53,261 bases of DNA. Source: Girardia tigrina (lineage: Eukaryota). The DNA is taken from positions 1 to 53,261 of the forward strand of contig MQRK01182058.1 in NCBI GenBank assembly GCA_001938485.1. Direction: 5' to 3'. The notes under the pieces are model-generated. The model saw only the letters and a program-made list of their open reading frames with translations. It was not told the origin of the DNA and ran no database searches. Numbering within the stretch: position 1 is the stretch's first letter; each line of letters starts with the position of its first letter. A program made the position numbers and the translations under genes. Below, piece after piece: positions 40,601 to 50,895 of this stretch.

Positions 40601-43600
40601 ATAAAAATATTTACAGTATATTACTAAAAAGTATTTATTTTAAATAAATTTTAATAAATTCTAAATGCTATTAATATCTTCACTAATAAAATTTTCAGTT
40701 TAATATTAATATACTAAAAATTTAAAAACTTTTTAGACGAATAATTATAATAGTAAAAATGGAATTTTAAATTTTTCATGTTTAAAATAAAAATGGTTTT
40801 TTGGGAATCGCTGTTTTGATAAATTGCTGTTTAGGAGTATAACCTAATCTTTTTAGTAATCTTCGTGATTTTTTCGTTCGTTTTTATTTCTTTACATTTG
40901 ATTTTCTTGATGAAATATTCTTTAATATTTAATTTAAACAATTTTACAATACTTCATTTTATATTAGCATAAGATAATAAACAAAAAATATTTTTTATGT
41001 TGACATATGGAATACAAGTCTTTTCTGAAATTGTAATATATTTGAAATTATTATTTACTAAGTCTAAGTATAGAACCAGAGTTTCGTATATTATACGGAT
41101 CATTATCCACATTTAGAAATAACCTGGTAAGGTTTGAGAACTTTGAAAAAAATTTTTCATTCACAAATTTAAATCTAAATCGTTTTTGTATCATTTAGCA
41201 TATAATGAATACATAGAATACAACATGTTTAATATAATTTAGTATAATTTCTACGTTTGTAAATCTCTACATTATGAAATGTTGATGTGTACTTTTATCC
41301 TGATACCACGCAAAATATGCTGAAAAAAGCTTTTAAACTATTATCGATGAAGTTATTCGGATTATTTGCAAATACTTTGAATCATTAATATGTTACTTTG
41401 ACTGGTTATTTGTAATTAACATTCAATATATCTACCCCTACCCGTAAATACACCCAACATTTCGGAATTGCCCTCGCTCGATCCCAAAACTCGAAATATT
41501 CAACCAATTTATTTTCAAATGTGTACTTATAGAGCAGTTTTAAATTAAAACAAGTCGAGTTAACCAACAGATTATTGACGATATCGCATTGATTTGTTGA
41601 TTCAAAACAACCATTTCTAAAAGAAGGAAATTTTATTGTTATAAAACAATTTTAATTTCATTAAAAAAAATTCATTTGCTTTTTTTGTGTACCTGAAACT
41701 AGAATTTGCCAAACTAAAACTTCCGAAAAACGAATTTCCATTTCCTTTTCCATGTGCATATAAACATAATTCTAAACCCAACCAAATTCGAACAATTATT
41801 ACAATCATAAAAGATCAAATAATAAAAAAATTAAAATTATTTCGAAATTGGCGTCAATTTATTTTACTAAGTAACGAATTAAAACAAATTTGATTATATA
41901 TAGAATTGTCTAAATTTTGTTCTGATAAATTATTGATAAAACCAAATTTACGTTACGTTTTTTTATTTAATAAAAACTAAATTAAAATGAAACACTAACT
42001 CAAAACCATCAGATTATTAAGAAATCTAATTAACAAAAATTTATATACATATGATATTCAGATCATAAAATAAAAATTCAATTCATTGACAATTGATAAA
42101 TTTACAAATAAATAATTATATCAATAAAGAACAGAAAATCACCGTAATAGTTTACAAATAATGTTATGAATTTCTTGAAGTCATTTTTGTTTTTTAGTTA
42201 CAGATAATCTCATGATATATAAGTATATACAGTCAATGAATTAAAACAAATAATAAACAACATGCAAAGTTCAATTATATAACTTTATAATATATTATAA
42301 CAATAGACTTTCTTTCAAATGAAGATTTTGATTGCATATAGAATTCAAAAGAGTCGATTACTTTTTATAAAATAAATGCATAAATACTGATTGAAAATAA
42401 ATATGTACAATTATTATAACAGAAACACATGAATCATCGTTTTGATGTCTTTTCTTGAATTAATCAAATCACTGCTTGAAATTTGGCGAGGTCTTCAAAA
42501 AAAAAGGAGAGAACATTGTCACGTTTTACATCATGTATCCTGAAAGAAACAAAAAAAATTTAAATAAAGAATTAATTAAAATCAATAAAGCCGATAAAAT
42601 AATAAGCAAAAGAAATTGTTGGGACTGAATTAGTCAGATTTAATCGTCGTTTTGATTTTTATTTCATTGAAATATGAATGTAGAGAGTGACTCTATTTGG
42701 ATAAAATGACACAGCTGGTGAAAGTGTTGCTCGCTGTCAACCGCCCGGATGACTCACTGATGTAAGACAATCAGCGACTGCCCATTGTTTCCACTGACAC
42801 AAGCATAGACACCCGCGCTCGCACACCCACACATACACTGATCCGAGGTGGTCGATGCGATCGATATCGGATAAGAGTGATAAGATTCGATACATCTTAC
42901 TTTTTACACACACGCACATATTATGCACAATACTTATATACAATACTTCGATTCCTTATTGCGATTTAATTTGTATTTAATATTGAACTTCGTTAATTTC
43001 TAAAGTTACTTATTAATTTCCAAACGTATAGAATCAAATATAAATGATAATTTATATTAAGTTTTTAAGAATTTCTTGCTGTAATTATTTTAACAAAAAT
43101 TAAAGAAATAATAAAAAAATTAAATAATAATATTTATTTTGAAACTAGTAAATATTTTACCAAAAATAAAATAGATTATTATTAAATTATATATTTTTGT
43201 ATTACTTATTTTTCCGTTTATTTATTTCCTACTCATGGTTTTTTTACTTTATTTTTTATATATCTTATTAATTTTAACCTAATAATCAGGTGGTTTTCTG
43301 TACAATTATGTTTTTCATAACGGTCGTGTATTCTATTAAGAACGTTTAACGTATGTTTTAAATAGATCAATCTGGCGTAATTATGACTCATTCTTTGCCA
43401 GTTCAAGAGCCCAAAATATTTTTTGAGGACGTTTATAAACGTTCTTCCTATTTTCGATACTGTCTACACTTGCCCTGTATAAACACCATGCTGAATAACG
43501 GTTCGTTTTTAAAATTTTTCTTCATGAAAATTTAGTTTGATAAAAATTTACCTATGTATTATCTTTTTCATGTTTAGCAAGAATTGCATTACTTAGAATT

Positions 43601-43756
43601 TATTCAAAATCCCAATTTAAAAAATTGAATCAAAAAGAAAATTTGAAATAAATTTAAAACGGGAAATTATTTAAATAAAAATCGAATTATTGTCAAATGG
43701 TGATCGATTTAGACGATTATCCGTCAATGTCAGACGAAATAAATAATTATTAAAAC

Positions 43757-43800
<44 letters not shown>

Positions 43801-44280
43801 TTATTTATTTAAAATATAAAGAATAATGTTTTTTTATGTCTTAAATTAAGCAATTAATTAATCTCCAGGAGGTTATGTTTCTCTAAAACTATTCTAATAA
43901 TTTCTTGAACGTTTTAATTAACCATATGAACCAAAATAACCTCCCCGTTCCAGGTATGTTGTATACAATTATGTTATAGTAATTAAATAATTTTGAACGA
44001 TAATTAATATAAAAACAGCTATTAAAATTAATAGTAAAATTAAAAGTTGAATCATTCATAAGAAAAGATTTAGGAATTTTCGACGGAGTCGTTTTTGGCA
44101 ATAACTGTTTCCAAGTACTTCTTGAGAAAATAAATTTTTGTGGGTTCAACAAAGCACAATTGCAAGTCAATGAGCAGGCACCATAATACTGACAAAATGT
44201 GGAAATTTTAAATGAAGAATAATTCCAATAAATGAATGTAACCCCATAAAGTACTGGAGGATATGTCCTTAAATGTCTCT
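8090..44280 (-). CDS. smo: Smoothened (class F GPCR), multi-exon; 3' exons (TM7, C-tail) not located and true start uncertain
   Basis: Manually spliced exons give Smo-specific motifs: LCVIKYPEC..PSREICQATKREC (CRD), GCSFHCKTPFF, IASCGWMIQL..VVCRDDGALQIREP (cf. VGSIGWLAQF..IVCRADGTMRLGEP), CVTVFSMIYFSL, GDPLSGICFV (cf. GDSVSGICFV). Intron phases match from exon 34594-34287 through 8146-8090. Confidence 0.93.
8170..8400. repeat. Perfect long inverted repeat (111-bp arms, 9-nt loop)
   Basis: 8170-8280 is the exact reverse complement of 8290-8400; loop tgcaatgtt. Confidence 0.97.
8175..8253 (-). CDS. smo: smo exon, TM6 (lies in the left arm of the palindrome)
   Basis: Acceptor ttttccag; PLSNELISINVIFYEARTLQSRNLSI; LISINVIFYE aligns without gaps to LITFSCHFYD. 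Confidence 0.7.
8436..8551 (-). CDS. smo: smo exon, ICL3 and start of TM6
   Basis: IITHIRIIQKRLNLYASSQQKIHSKRMSKTATFYGLLSL (cf. SKINETMLRLGIF); preceded by a 46-nt intron; donor TTG|GTTGAT. Confidence 0.8.
8598..8721 (-). CDS. smo: smo exon, ECL2-TM5
   Basis: IKGDPLSGICFVANDSMVKRICLSLLPLTVVLV; acceptor cgtag, donor GTAACT; 124 nt. Confidence 0.93.
8776..8912 (-). CDS. smo: smo exon, ICL2 end and TM4
   Basis: DKDEVKLFG..QLFVILISLSLLIISLTIGE; phase 1 start matches the previous exon; donor GAA|GTTGGT; followed by a 54-nt intron. Confidence 0.85.
9191..9388. mobile_element. pogo/Tigger-like MITE
   Basis: TIRs cagtattttccagtagataacgcgca / tgtgcgttatctagcggaaaatacgg with TA TSD on both sides. 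Confidence 0.8.
10840..11260. repeat. Dispersed repeat A, copy 1
   Basis: Diverged reverse complement of ~29585-30008 (shared ctgggtaggagagacacaattccaaatcaacatacacattcaaacac). Confidence 0.85.
12434..13773 (-). mobile_element. Full-length mariner (DD34D), degenerate transposase
   Basis: TIRs caaggttgtcaactaagttttt / aaaaacttagttgacaaccctg with TA TSDs; HTH, WVP, DEMW, QDNA and YSPDLAPSDY motifs with frameshifts. Confidence 0.93.
14438..14727 (-). CDS. smo: smo exon, TM3 and extended ICL2
   Basis: (K)IGQSIWCVTVFSMIYFSLFAAS (cf. LSCVIIFVIVYYALMAG); acceptor tttag, donor CAAG|GTAATC; 290 nt. Confidence 0.9.
16050..16770 (-). mobile_element. Penelope-like retroelement fragment (RT thumb + GIY-YIG endonuclease)
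   Basis: NLVYQFKCHKCESLYIGETTRHICTRI (GIY-YIG); upstream ETEVFRKSTDTGLY typical of the PLE RT C-terminus. Confidence 0.85.
16843..16882 (+). ncRNA. Degenerate minimal hammerhead ribozyme-like motif (PLE pLTR type)
   Basis: CTGATGA-tgccgtaacgc-GAAAC-ATGT next to the Penelope fragment; stem I pairing is imperfect. Confidence 0.5.
17054..17280 (-). mobile_element. Retrotransposon aspartic protease fragment
   Basis: NFLIDTRARINVL resembles the retropepsin FLIDTGAxxNV motif. Confidence 0.55.
17399..17863. mobile_element. MITE with ~39-bp perfect TIRs and TA TSD
   Basis: ctgtcgctgacatttaagaatatcaatgtagacagttaa at both ends in inverted orientation; internal partial TIR copy at ~17659. Confidence 0.85.
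18010..18200 (-). CDS. smo: smo exon, ICL1-TM2-ECL1
   Basis: ITFII..WHPMLL..IASCGWMIQLIPTIGHSVVCRDDGALQIREPQV; acceptor ttttcag, donor GTAAGT; 191 nt. Confidence 0.94.
18369..18927 (-). mobile_element. Internally deleted mariner
   Basis: TIRs cgagaggcgttccgaaagtaagtggaaa / tttccacttactttcggaacgcccctcg, TA TSD; retains the N-terminal HTH (VYNWVHQFENGRESLDDADRSG). Confidence 0.9.
19560..19900 (-). mobile_element. Tc1-like transposase C-terminal fragment
   Basis: VFQQDNAPC and EWLSNSCDMNAIKNFWTQLKRR (cf. WPxxSPDLNPIENxW). Confidence 0.7.
21196..23570 (-). mobile_element. hAT DNA transposon
   Basis: 21-bp TIRs taaagatgtaaatttttcgcg / cgcgaaaaatttacagcctta; perfect 8-bp TSD ataattat; subterminal ttcgcgg repeats. 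Confidence 0.92.
21457..22925 (-). pseudogene. Degenerate hAT transposase with CGGBP1-like N-terminal zinc finger
   Basis: TPTVRARQF..F*STCNVPVDFIRKDSCTQHLDSNVH (CGGBP1-like), VTDNAAYM, CTAHLLNL and AERSFS dimerisation motifs; stops, frameshifts and an internal deletion. Confidence 0.85.
24519..25792 (+). mobile_element. Old full-length mariner, highly degenerate
   Basis: TIR remnants agggttgacgaatagatcttt / aaagatttatcggtcaaccct; HYNTKPH and YTPDFVPS (HDNARPH / YSPDLAPS) remnants. Confidence 0.75.
26650..27740 (+). mobile_element. LTR retrotransposon (Gypsy-like) pol fragment: RT end, RNase H, integrase Zn finger
   Basis: CDASSIATGIGIE..DINLAE..LTDSTTV (RNase H), RSEENRA, HEIHHFGV..CERC (HHCC). 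Confidence 0.8.
28381..28510 (-). CDS. smo: smo exon, linker and TM1
   Basis: (W)IKGFDGCSFHCKTPFFNEDDYQLSKLLFGSIGLIFFVLNLFVL; acceptor aatcag, donor GTATGT; 130 nt, phase 2 to 0. Not in the ORF track. Confidence 0.92.
29585..30008. repeat. Dispersed repeat A, copy 2 (inverted relative to copy 1)
   Basis: Reverse complement of ~10840-11260. Confidence 0.85.
30009..30949 (+). mobile_element. Non-autonomous Helitron
   Basis: 5' A|TC followed by a (GTTT)n tract; 3' hairpin acccgtcat-ac-atgaagggt then CTAG|T; inserted at the end of repeat A. Confidence 0.65.
30450..30686. mobile_element. PIF/Harbinger-like MITE remnant within the Helitron
   Basis: G-rich gtgacg repeats ending gcgtgacgtcatttatggaaagtccc, resembling Harbinger-type termini; the other TIR was not found. 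Confidence 0.35.
32679..32988 (-). mobile_element. Possible solo LTR
   Basis: ~300-bp GC-richer block with TG...CA ends and a purine tract; TSD not convincing. Confidence 0.3.
33067..33714 (+). pseudogene. Intronless BTB-BACK (KEAP1/KLHL-like) gene fragment
   Basis: YPCHKVVLADASANFHTMFKSGMREA..NVCELLVAAAM..CEFLEKQ..L.KKAQKFIDSNF; deletions and truncation in BACK; no downstream Kelch repeats. Confidence 0.8.
34287..34594 (-). CDS. smo: smo exon, CRD C-terminal half and linker
   Basis: IILCVIKYPEC..KPSREICQATKRECSLL..LDCDKYPPDC..CQWPMVNT; acceptor ttctag, donor TG|GTTAGC; 308 nt. Confidence 0.92.
34657..34691. repeat. (TA)n microsatellite
   Basis: Uninterrupted TA run inside the short smo intron. 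Confidence 0.95.
34725..34766 (-). CDS. smo: smo micro-exon LLQEKYFDCVTKDL (non-canonical boundaries)
   Basis: Supplies the CRD Cys with 8 residues between it and the LC cysteine, as in human CWAVIQPLLC. This requires a GA donor and the distal AG of TAGAG. Confidence 0.55.
35853..40030 (+). mobile_element. Degenerate non-LTR retrotransposon, NeSL/R5-like (Ulp1 proteases + RT), 3'-truncated
   Basis: Ulp1 motifs INYNNTH*LAL..YNSL and QQTNNNDCGPFV; RT motifs FQKG..GCAEH, FLDLTDAFSSI, GVRQGFPL, LAYADD, FNPAK, YRYL, LFPWQKIEA. No RLE nuclease seen. Confidence 0.85.
36698..36757 (+). repeat. 30-bp in-frame tandem duplication (ATRSVLPTVx x2)
   Basis: tgcaaccagatcggttctgccgactgttgc followed by a near-identical copy. 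Confidence 0.9.
40031..40843 (+). mobile_element. MULE-like 3' fragment
   Basis: NGEIDVMEFIRGISY resembles a MULE transposase C-terminus; ends ..gctgtttaggagtataacc. Confidence 0.45.
40848..41232. repeat. Dispersed repeat B, copy 2 (uninterrupted, inverted)
   Basis: Reverse complement of the joined segments 31680-31896 and 33831-33990. Confidence 0.8.
42473..42539 (-). CDS. smo: smo exon (W)IHDVKRDNVLSFFFEDLAKFQA
   Basis: Acceptor tctttcag, donor GCA|GTGATT, 67 nt (phase 2 to 0); DLAKFQA is positioned like KLVLWSG. Confidence 0.6.
43760..43795. repeat. (TA)n microsatellite
   Basis: TA run. Confidence 0.95.
43923..44280 (-). CDS. smo: smo candidate 5' exon (start of CRD)
   Basis: Lies in ORF 43889-44347. 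CSLTCNCALLN matches the CGRAAPCEPLR Cys spacing; NSCF resembles NVCL. Donor TG|GTTAAT (phase 2) matches the next exon. The 5' boundary is uncertain (acceptor ttgtttctag at 44281). Confidence 0.6.
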
Positions 44281-44593
44281 CTAGAAACAATAGAAATTTG
44301 CATTGACATGCGCATTTGCAAAAGTATATGGTTATATTTATAATCATTTAATGTCATTTGGCACATTAGTCATTCCATGGAAATTTAATTTTCGTATAAT
44401 TGTAATACAAATTTTAGTTAATAAATAACTATAGAACAAATAATATTTATCTTTTTAAACTTAATGAATAACGAATTTTTAATTTTCTTCTTTTCATGCA
44501 CAATTTGAATAGATCTGTTGATTCGTTTGTAATTTATTTTAATTTTAACACCAATCATTTCAAATCGCCTTACTGGAAAACTGATTGCAAGTA

Positions 44594-45543
44594 CAGGGTG
44601 CGGCAGCTATTTGAGAACACGTAATATAGACACCATATCTTTTTGTGTGTTATAATTACATAATTTTATTTTTGCTGGTAGACATGGCAGAAGCTACTCT
44701 TANNNNNNNNNNNNNNNNNNNNNNNNNNNNNNNNNNNNNNNNNNNNNNNNNNNNNNNNNNNNNNNNNNNNNNNNNNNNNNNNNNNNNNNNNNNNNNNNNN
44801 NNNNNNNNNNNNNNNNNNNNNNNNNNNNNNNNNNNNNNNNNNNNNNNNNNNNNNNNNNNNNNNNNNNNNNNNNNNNNNNNNNNNNNNNNNNNNNNNNNNN
44901 NNNNNNNNNNNNNNNNNNNNNNNNNNNNNNNNNNNNNNNNNNNNNNNNNNNNNNNNNNNNNNNNNNNNNNNNNNNNNNNNNNNNNNNNNNNNNNNNNNNN
45001 NNNNNNNNNNNNNNNNNNNNNNNNNNNNNNNNNNNNNNNNNNNNNNNNNNNNNNNNNNNNNNNNNNNNNNNNNNNNNNNNNNNNNNNNNNNNNNNNNNNN
45101 NNNNNNNNNNNNNNNNNNNNNNNNNNNNNNNNNNNNNNNNNNNNNNNNNNNNNNNNNNNNNNNNNNNNNNNNNNNNNNNNNNNNNNNNNNNNNNNNNNNN
45201 NNNNNNNNNNNNNNNNNNNNNNNNNNNNNNNNNNNNNNNNNNNNNNNNNNNNNNNNNNNNNNNNNNNNNNNNNNNNNNNNNNNNNNNNNNNNNNNNNNNN
45301 NNNNNNNNNNNNNNNNNNNNNNNNNNNNNNNNNNNNNNNNNNNNNNNNNNNNNNNNNNNNNNNNNNNNNNNNNNNNNNNNNNNNNNNNNNNNNNNNNNNN
45401 NNNNNNNNNNNNNNNNNNNNNNNNNNNNNNATGTACGTGTTAATATATGTAAAATTTTAAATTGTAATAAATGTTATTTTTCTGTTGTATATTCATTTTT
45501 TGAACTTTATGTCATTTTGTTCTCAAATAGCTGCCGCACCCTG
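44594..45543. mobile_element. Tc1/mariner element (interior mostly N)
   Basis: Perfect 26-bp TIR cagggtgcggcagctatttgagaaca with TA TSD. Confidence 0.9.
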
Positions 45544-45939
45544 TAATGGAAAATAAATCAAAAAACTCTAAAATTTATCTGTATATTACAAAACAAAATA
45601 TTAAATGAAAAGGATATTTTATTAGTCCTAGATATTATGATTGTTTACGTTAGTACAAAAGATTCAGTTATATTATATATTGCTTTCCTAAAAAAAACTA
45701 ATTTCACTGAAAATTCTCTACGGCTAAATTCAAGTAAGAAGTTGATTCGACATCAAAGGAAAGGAATTTGAGATATATCTTATTTAGGAATATTGACGAT
45801 CAATAAATTGAAGATCAAACTGATATGGACTTTATTGATTAATAAATTTCTTTTTAATTTGTATTTGATAAAATATGATAATATTGAATTAAATGATTCA
45901 GTAAATAAAAACCCGTAAATCAAATTCAATAAATTCGAA

Positions 45940-46005
45940 GGCGCCTTGTGAGAATCGAACCGTCGGCATCTGGTGTCCTATGGGATTCTGACTTCATCCA
46001 CCTCA
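45940..46005 (-). other. tRNA-like/SINE head remnant
   Basis: Pol III B-box GGTTCGATTCTC on the minus strand; no clean cloverleaf. Confidence 0.3.
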
Positions 46006-47030
46006 AATAAATTTAAATTTCCGTCCGAGCGAATATTTGTCATTTATTATTTCCTCAAATAACACTCACTGTATACATTATAATTGAGTAAAAATAATTA
46101 TTTTGAAAACTTCATTACTTACAGAAATTCTTTGTTGAATAATAAATTAATTTTAAATATTCATGAGAAGAAATTTGTAAATAAATTGTTTTTGTAGGTA
46201 AAAATTATGTCTTATATTATATCTTATTATCATTTGATATTTTTATGCAATAAGCATTTTAGAGTTTAAAAAATATGAAATAATCAAAAAATAATTAAAA
46301 AAGATATAAAATGTCAAATCAGAACGAACTGAACATTGCAAAGTAAAATAGATAAGAATATCTTGTGAGGTTATTTGATTACTTTTTGGAGTTCAGATCG
46401 CAAAATGTAGTTTCTGTTTCACAAGAAAAGAATAAATGTAGGCTATTTATTTAGAGTGCAGACATGACATGTTTCATATTGCGATTCCGTAATAAATGAA
46501 AACTAAGCAGCCCCGTCATTAACAAATTTCTAACCGTCAACGAATATAAAAAGTATCACCTTCTCATGTTTGTTTTTGAAAATTCGATTCATTTGTACAT
46601 TGTATTTTTCCATAAAACATTTTCATATTAAAAATTATGATACCCATTTAGGTTACTTGTTTGATAAGAACGCATAGTAGAATACTATTTTGTTATATTA
46701 CAAAGTTATATATTTAAAGGCGTTGTATATAAACCTCATTCCTTATAAATTAAAAAGAAGTTTCAATAGATGTTCAAATGATAATGGGGACCTGATCTGT
46801 TGGAATCCCAGAGAATGACAATAATAAACACGAATAAGTTTCAAATATAATAAATTATTTTAGGACCTACATTGTCTGATTCTCCATAATTCTTAGGACT
46901 CAAATTCACAGTACAAAAACTTTATAATTTATGAGATAAAGTAACGTAAAGTAAATACAAAATCTAAATTTTATTTAACGGGATGAAATACAAGATTTTT
47001 TTATTAGTTAGTTTCCATTACATATATATA

Positions 47031-47137
47031 CACCGCCCTACCAAAAGTCACCGACCACCGGTGTGTTCGCAGTAATGAGAGATTATGAGAATTTTTAAAC
47101 GAATGATATATTTACAAAAAATAGAATGTATAATATT
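47031..47137 (+). mobile_element. Tc1-like left terminus running into a gap
   Basis: TA|caccgccctaccaaaagt start; the partner TIR is not visible. Confidence 0.35.
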
Positions 47138-48096
47138 NNNNNNNNNNNNNNNNNNNNNNNNNNNNNNNNNNNNNNNNNNNNNNNNNNNNNNNNNNNNNNN
47201 NNNNNNNNNNNNNNNNNNNNNNNNNNNNNNNNNNNNNNNNNNNNNNNNNNNNNNNNNNNNNNNNNNNNNNNNNNNNNNNNNNNNNNNNNNNNNNNNNNNN
47301 NNNNNNNNNNNNNNNNNNNNNNNNNNNNNNNNNNNNNNNNNNNNNNNNNNNNNNNNNNNNNNNNNNNNNNNNNNNNNNNNNNNNNNNNNNNNNNNNNNNN
47401 NNNNNNNNNNNNNNNNNNNNNNNNNNNNNNNNNNNNNNNNNNNNNNNNNNNNNNNNNNNNNNNNNNNNNNNNNNNNNNNNNNNNNNNNNNNNNNNNNNNN
47501 NNNNNNNNNNNNNNNNNNNNNNNNNNNNNNNNNNNNNNNNNNNNNNNNNNNNNNNNNNNNNNNNNNNNNNNNNNNNNNNNNNNNNNNNNNNNNNNNNNNN
47601 NNNNNNNNNNNNNNNNNNNNNNNNNNNNNNNNNNNNNNNNNNNNNNNNNNNNNNNNNNNNNNNNNNNNNNNNNNNNNNNNNNNNNNNNNNNNNNNNNNNN
47701 NNNNNNNNNNNNNNNNNNNNNNNNNNNNNNNNNNNNNNNNNNNNNNNNNNNNNNNNNNNNNNNNNNNNNNNNNNNNNNNNNNNNNNNNNNNNNNNNNNNN
47801 NNNNNNNNNNNNNNNNNNNNNNNNNNNNNNNNNNNNNNNNNNNNNNNNNNNNNNNNNNNNNNNNNNNNNNNNNNNNNNNNNNNNNNNNNNNNNNNNNNNN
47901 NNNNNNNNNNNNNNNNNNNNNNNNNNNNNNNNNNNNNNNNNNNNNNNNCCGCCGTTACATGAAACTATCTGTTCTACAAAGAATTTTTGATGTTTGGCGA
48001 AGTGTTATATACCATTAGAAAGCCCGTGCTATGCTCTACAAGATTAAAATAATCGTTTTTGCCTATATTATTTTTTGTCTTTTTTAAAACCATCAA

Positions 48097-49307
48097 ATGG
48101 ATTGTCAAGTCGACAAAAAATTGCATTTTTGACACCTTCTTTTTACCTTTAATCGAGGTCAAAAAGCGAGTGAAGCTACCAGAGATATTTGTGCCGTGTA
48201 TAGAGGGACGCTATAGCTGAGAGAACTGCTCGGGATTGGTTTACCAGGTTCAAACACGATAATTTCGACCTCAACGACGCTCCTCGTTCCGGAAGACCAA
48301 TCGAGATGGACGAGGACCACCTCGGGGATCTTTTGAAGGAAGATGGCCGCCAGATATGTAGAGAATTGGCCGAAAAGATGAATTGTGATTTTGCGACAAT
48401 TTCATGCCATCTTCAGTCGATGGGTTTCCCTCAAAAGCTTGGAGCTTGGGTCCCGCACGAACTCACCCAATAACAGAAGGATAATCGGCTTTCCATTAAT
48501 GCTCAAAATCTCGCTTGACACCAAGGAAGCTATGGCCACAGGCAAACGTTTCTTATACAGAATCGTCACTGGAGACTATAAATGGTGTCTATGTGAATCT
48601 GAAGCAAAGGAAATAGTGGGTGAGTCCTGGAGAGAAGCTATATTATTATTAGTCCTGGAATGAAACCTAGGCCCAGGATCAAGAAAGACCTGCATAAGAT
48701 GAAGACAATGATTTGCGTATGGTGGGATTGAGAAGATCTAATTCACTGGGAAATGCTTGGAAAGAACATGACAGTAGAAAAGAATCTCTATAAAGCCCAA
48801 TTGAATCGAGTCAGTGAGGCAATTGAACAAAAAAGACCGGATCGACAAGGTCAGGTGATCCTCCTCCATGACAATGCTAGACCAAACACCGCAAAAATTC
48901 TCATGATGGCACTCCAAGAGCTCGGTTGGGAGGTTCTTCAACATCCTCCTTATTCCCCAGACCTCACCCCGACGAATTACCATCTCATTTGCTGCCTTTC
49001 AAATGAGATGAGGGGTCCTAGCTTCGAAAATCAGGATCATCTTGAGAATTGGCTCAACAACTTCTTCGAGACTCGACCGAAGGATTTCTGGCGAAATGGA
49101 ATCAAAATACTGGTGGAAAGATTGGAAGAAGTAGTGAACAATGAAGGAGAGTACATAATTGATTGAAGTGTTATTATTTTTGCTGTTAAAAGTTTATGAT
49201 TTCATTAAATATATAATTAACTGAGTCATTATTTTCGTTGTTGAAATTCTTTGATTTCTTTTAAAATAAATGTTTAAAAAACAGCGGGAACTTTTGCAAC
49301 AACCCCA
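48097..49307 (+). mobile_element. Mariner element with degenerate DD34D transposase (48097-49166)
   Basis: MDCQVDKKLHF, DWFTRFK..APRSGRP, WVPHEL, RIVTGDYKW, LLHDNARP, HPPYSPDLTP; right TIR cttttgcaacaacccca|ta. Confidence 0.92.
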
Positions 49308-49639
49308 TATATATTAACTGTGCAATATTTTGATGAAATTATTTATTTTTCAAAGTTGATGAAATTAGAATTCGCAATTATTAAATGTGGATCATATAAT
49401 AAAATGCACTTTTACATGAAATTCTAATAAAAAGAAATTCATTAAATCAAAATAATCTGTAAATAACCTATTTTAATTAATAAAAATAATAAATTAAAAA
49501 TACTGAATGACGTAGTCGGTACCATAAAATTGTAAAGTTGGCAGCGATGACGTAAGAATATTGTATATTATATAAAAATATATTACATATAACAGATATA
49601 TTATATAACTCGATTAATTCATTTTAGAGGTCAATTCAA

Positions 49640-49790
49640 GAATGACTTTCTGCCAGTATTAGCCTTACCGATACGTGATGGATACTATGTTCTCGATACA
49701 GATGCATCCCAAAATTCTACAGGAGCGGTATTATCACAAATTCAGAATGGTTCAGAAAGAGTTGTGGCATTTGCGTCAAAAACATTGACT
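49640..49790 (+). mobile_element. Gypsy RT-RNase H fragment
   Basis: YVLDTDASQNSTGAVLSQIQNGSERVVAFASKTL. Confidence 0.8.
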
Positions 49791-50895
49791 TTCTTTTTAG
49801 TAGAAATTAAATAATTAAAAGGAAAAATCAACTAGAACTAAATATGAGTCGTTTTTACTTCTGTCTTAACTGCCACGATACAACAGACTAACGCATTTGA
49901 GAACAACAAGTAGTGTTTCTTGGTAGCTAAAGAAATAGAAACAACCTTCAACACTAACAAAACGTTAAGACTATATATTTCAGGTGATAAAGAAGGTTGG
50001 TTGGAGAAATCAGGAATCGATAACCTAAACCTCAACAATCAATCACGTATTCAACCCATTTAACTTGTTTTTCACAATAATTTGTCACCTCTAATTAGTT
50101 TGATACATATAATATGCATTATCAGACTTTAAAACGTGGGTTACAAATAATTTTGCTCTCATAACAAAAATGATTTTGTATTCAAAGAATTAATAACGTG
50201 TCATGAAAATAGATTTGTAATACATTAATTAGACTATCTACTGGTTCATTTATACAAAGTAATGGTTATATACAGATGAAGGTTATAATATAAAAAGATG
50301 CGATTTTGGTAGTGCTGTTTTGAGAATCTGAGTGATACGATAAGATAGAAAATGATCGAGGGAGATCATAACATTGAAAGGAAAACAGAAAGTTTTCGAG
50401 AGAAATAAATTTGGAAGTTGAGAAAGAAAGAACGAGCATGACAAAACATGAATATTTCGAGACTCACATTATTTTGTACTGAAAATGGAAAAAAGAGTCA
50501 GTAAACATACATGTAAGAATCCTTGTGTTTAATCCCTTCGGGTCCAGAATTTGATTATTGCAAAATAATCTTAGATAATAGTAAATTTGAAGGTTTTATA
50601 AAGAATCATTCATTTTAGTAAGCACAGTCTTTTTTTCATGCTCAAATGACATCAAATATGAATCAAAATAACATAATCGGGTTCCTACAGACTTGAACGA
50701 CTCACTCAACATACCTCAATGACGAACGAAATATATTATTAACAATAATTAATAAATATTTGAGTTAAAAAGATAACCTTTCCCTGAGTTATTTTAAATC
50801 TTGGTTTGTGAAGCCATCTATGTTAACTCAATATTATTTAAATTGGCATACGAATACAATACAACTAGGTATAATAAATCATTTATAATTTAAGC

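Noticed and set aside
46760-46965. Possible upstream smo signal-peptide exon
   Set aside because: Frames close with stops and no phase-consistent junction to 44280 could be shown.
44645-47990. Long ORFs in the ORF track (271-301 aa; likewise 7397-7970)
   Set aside because: Artefacts of translating through N gaps.
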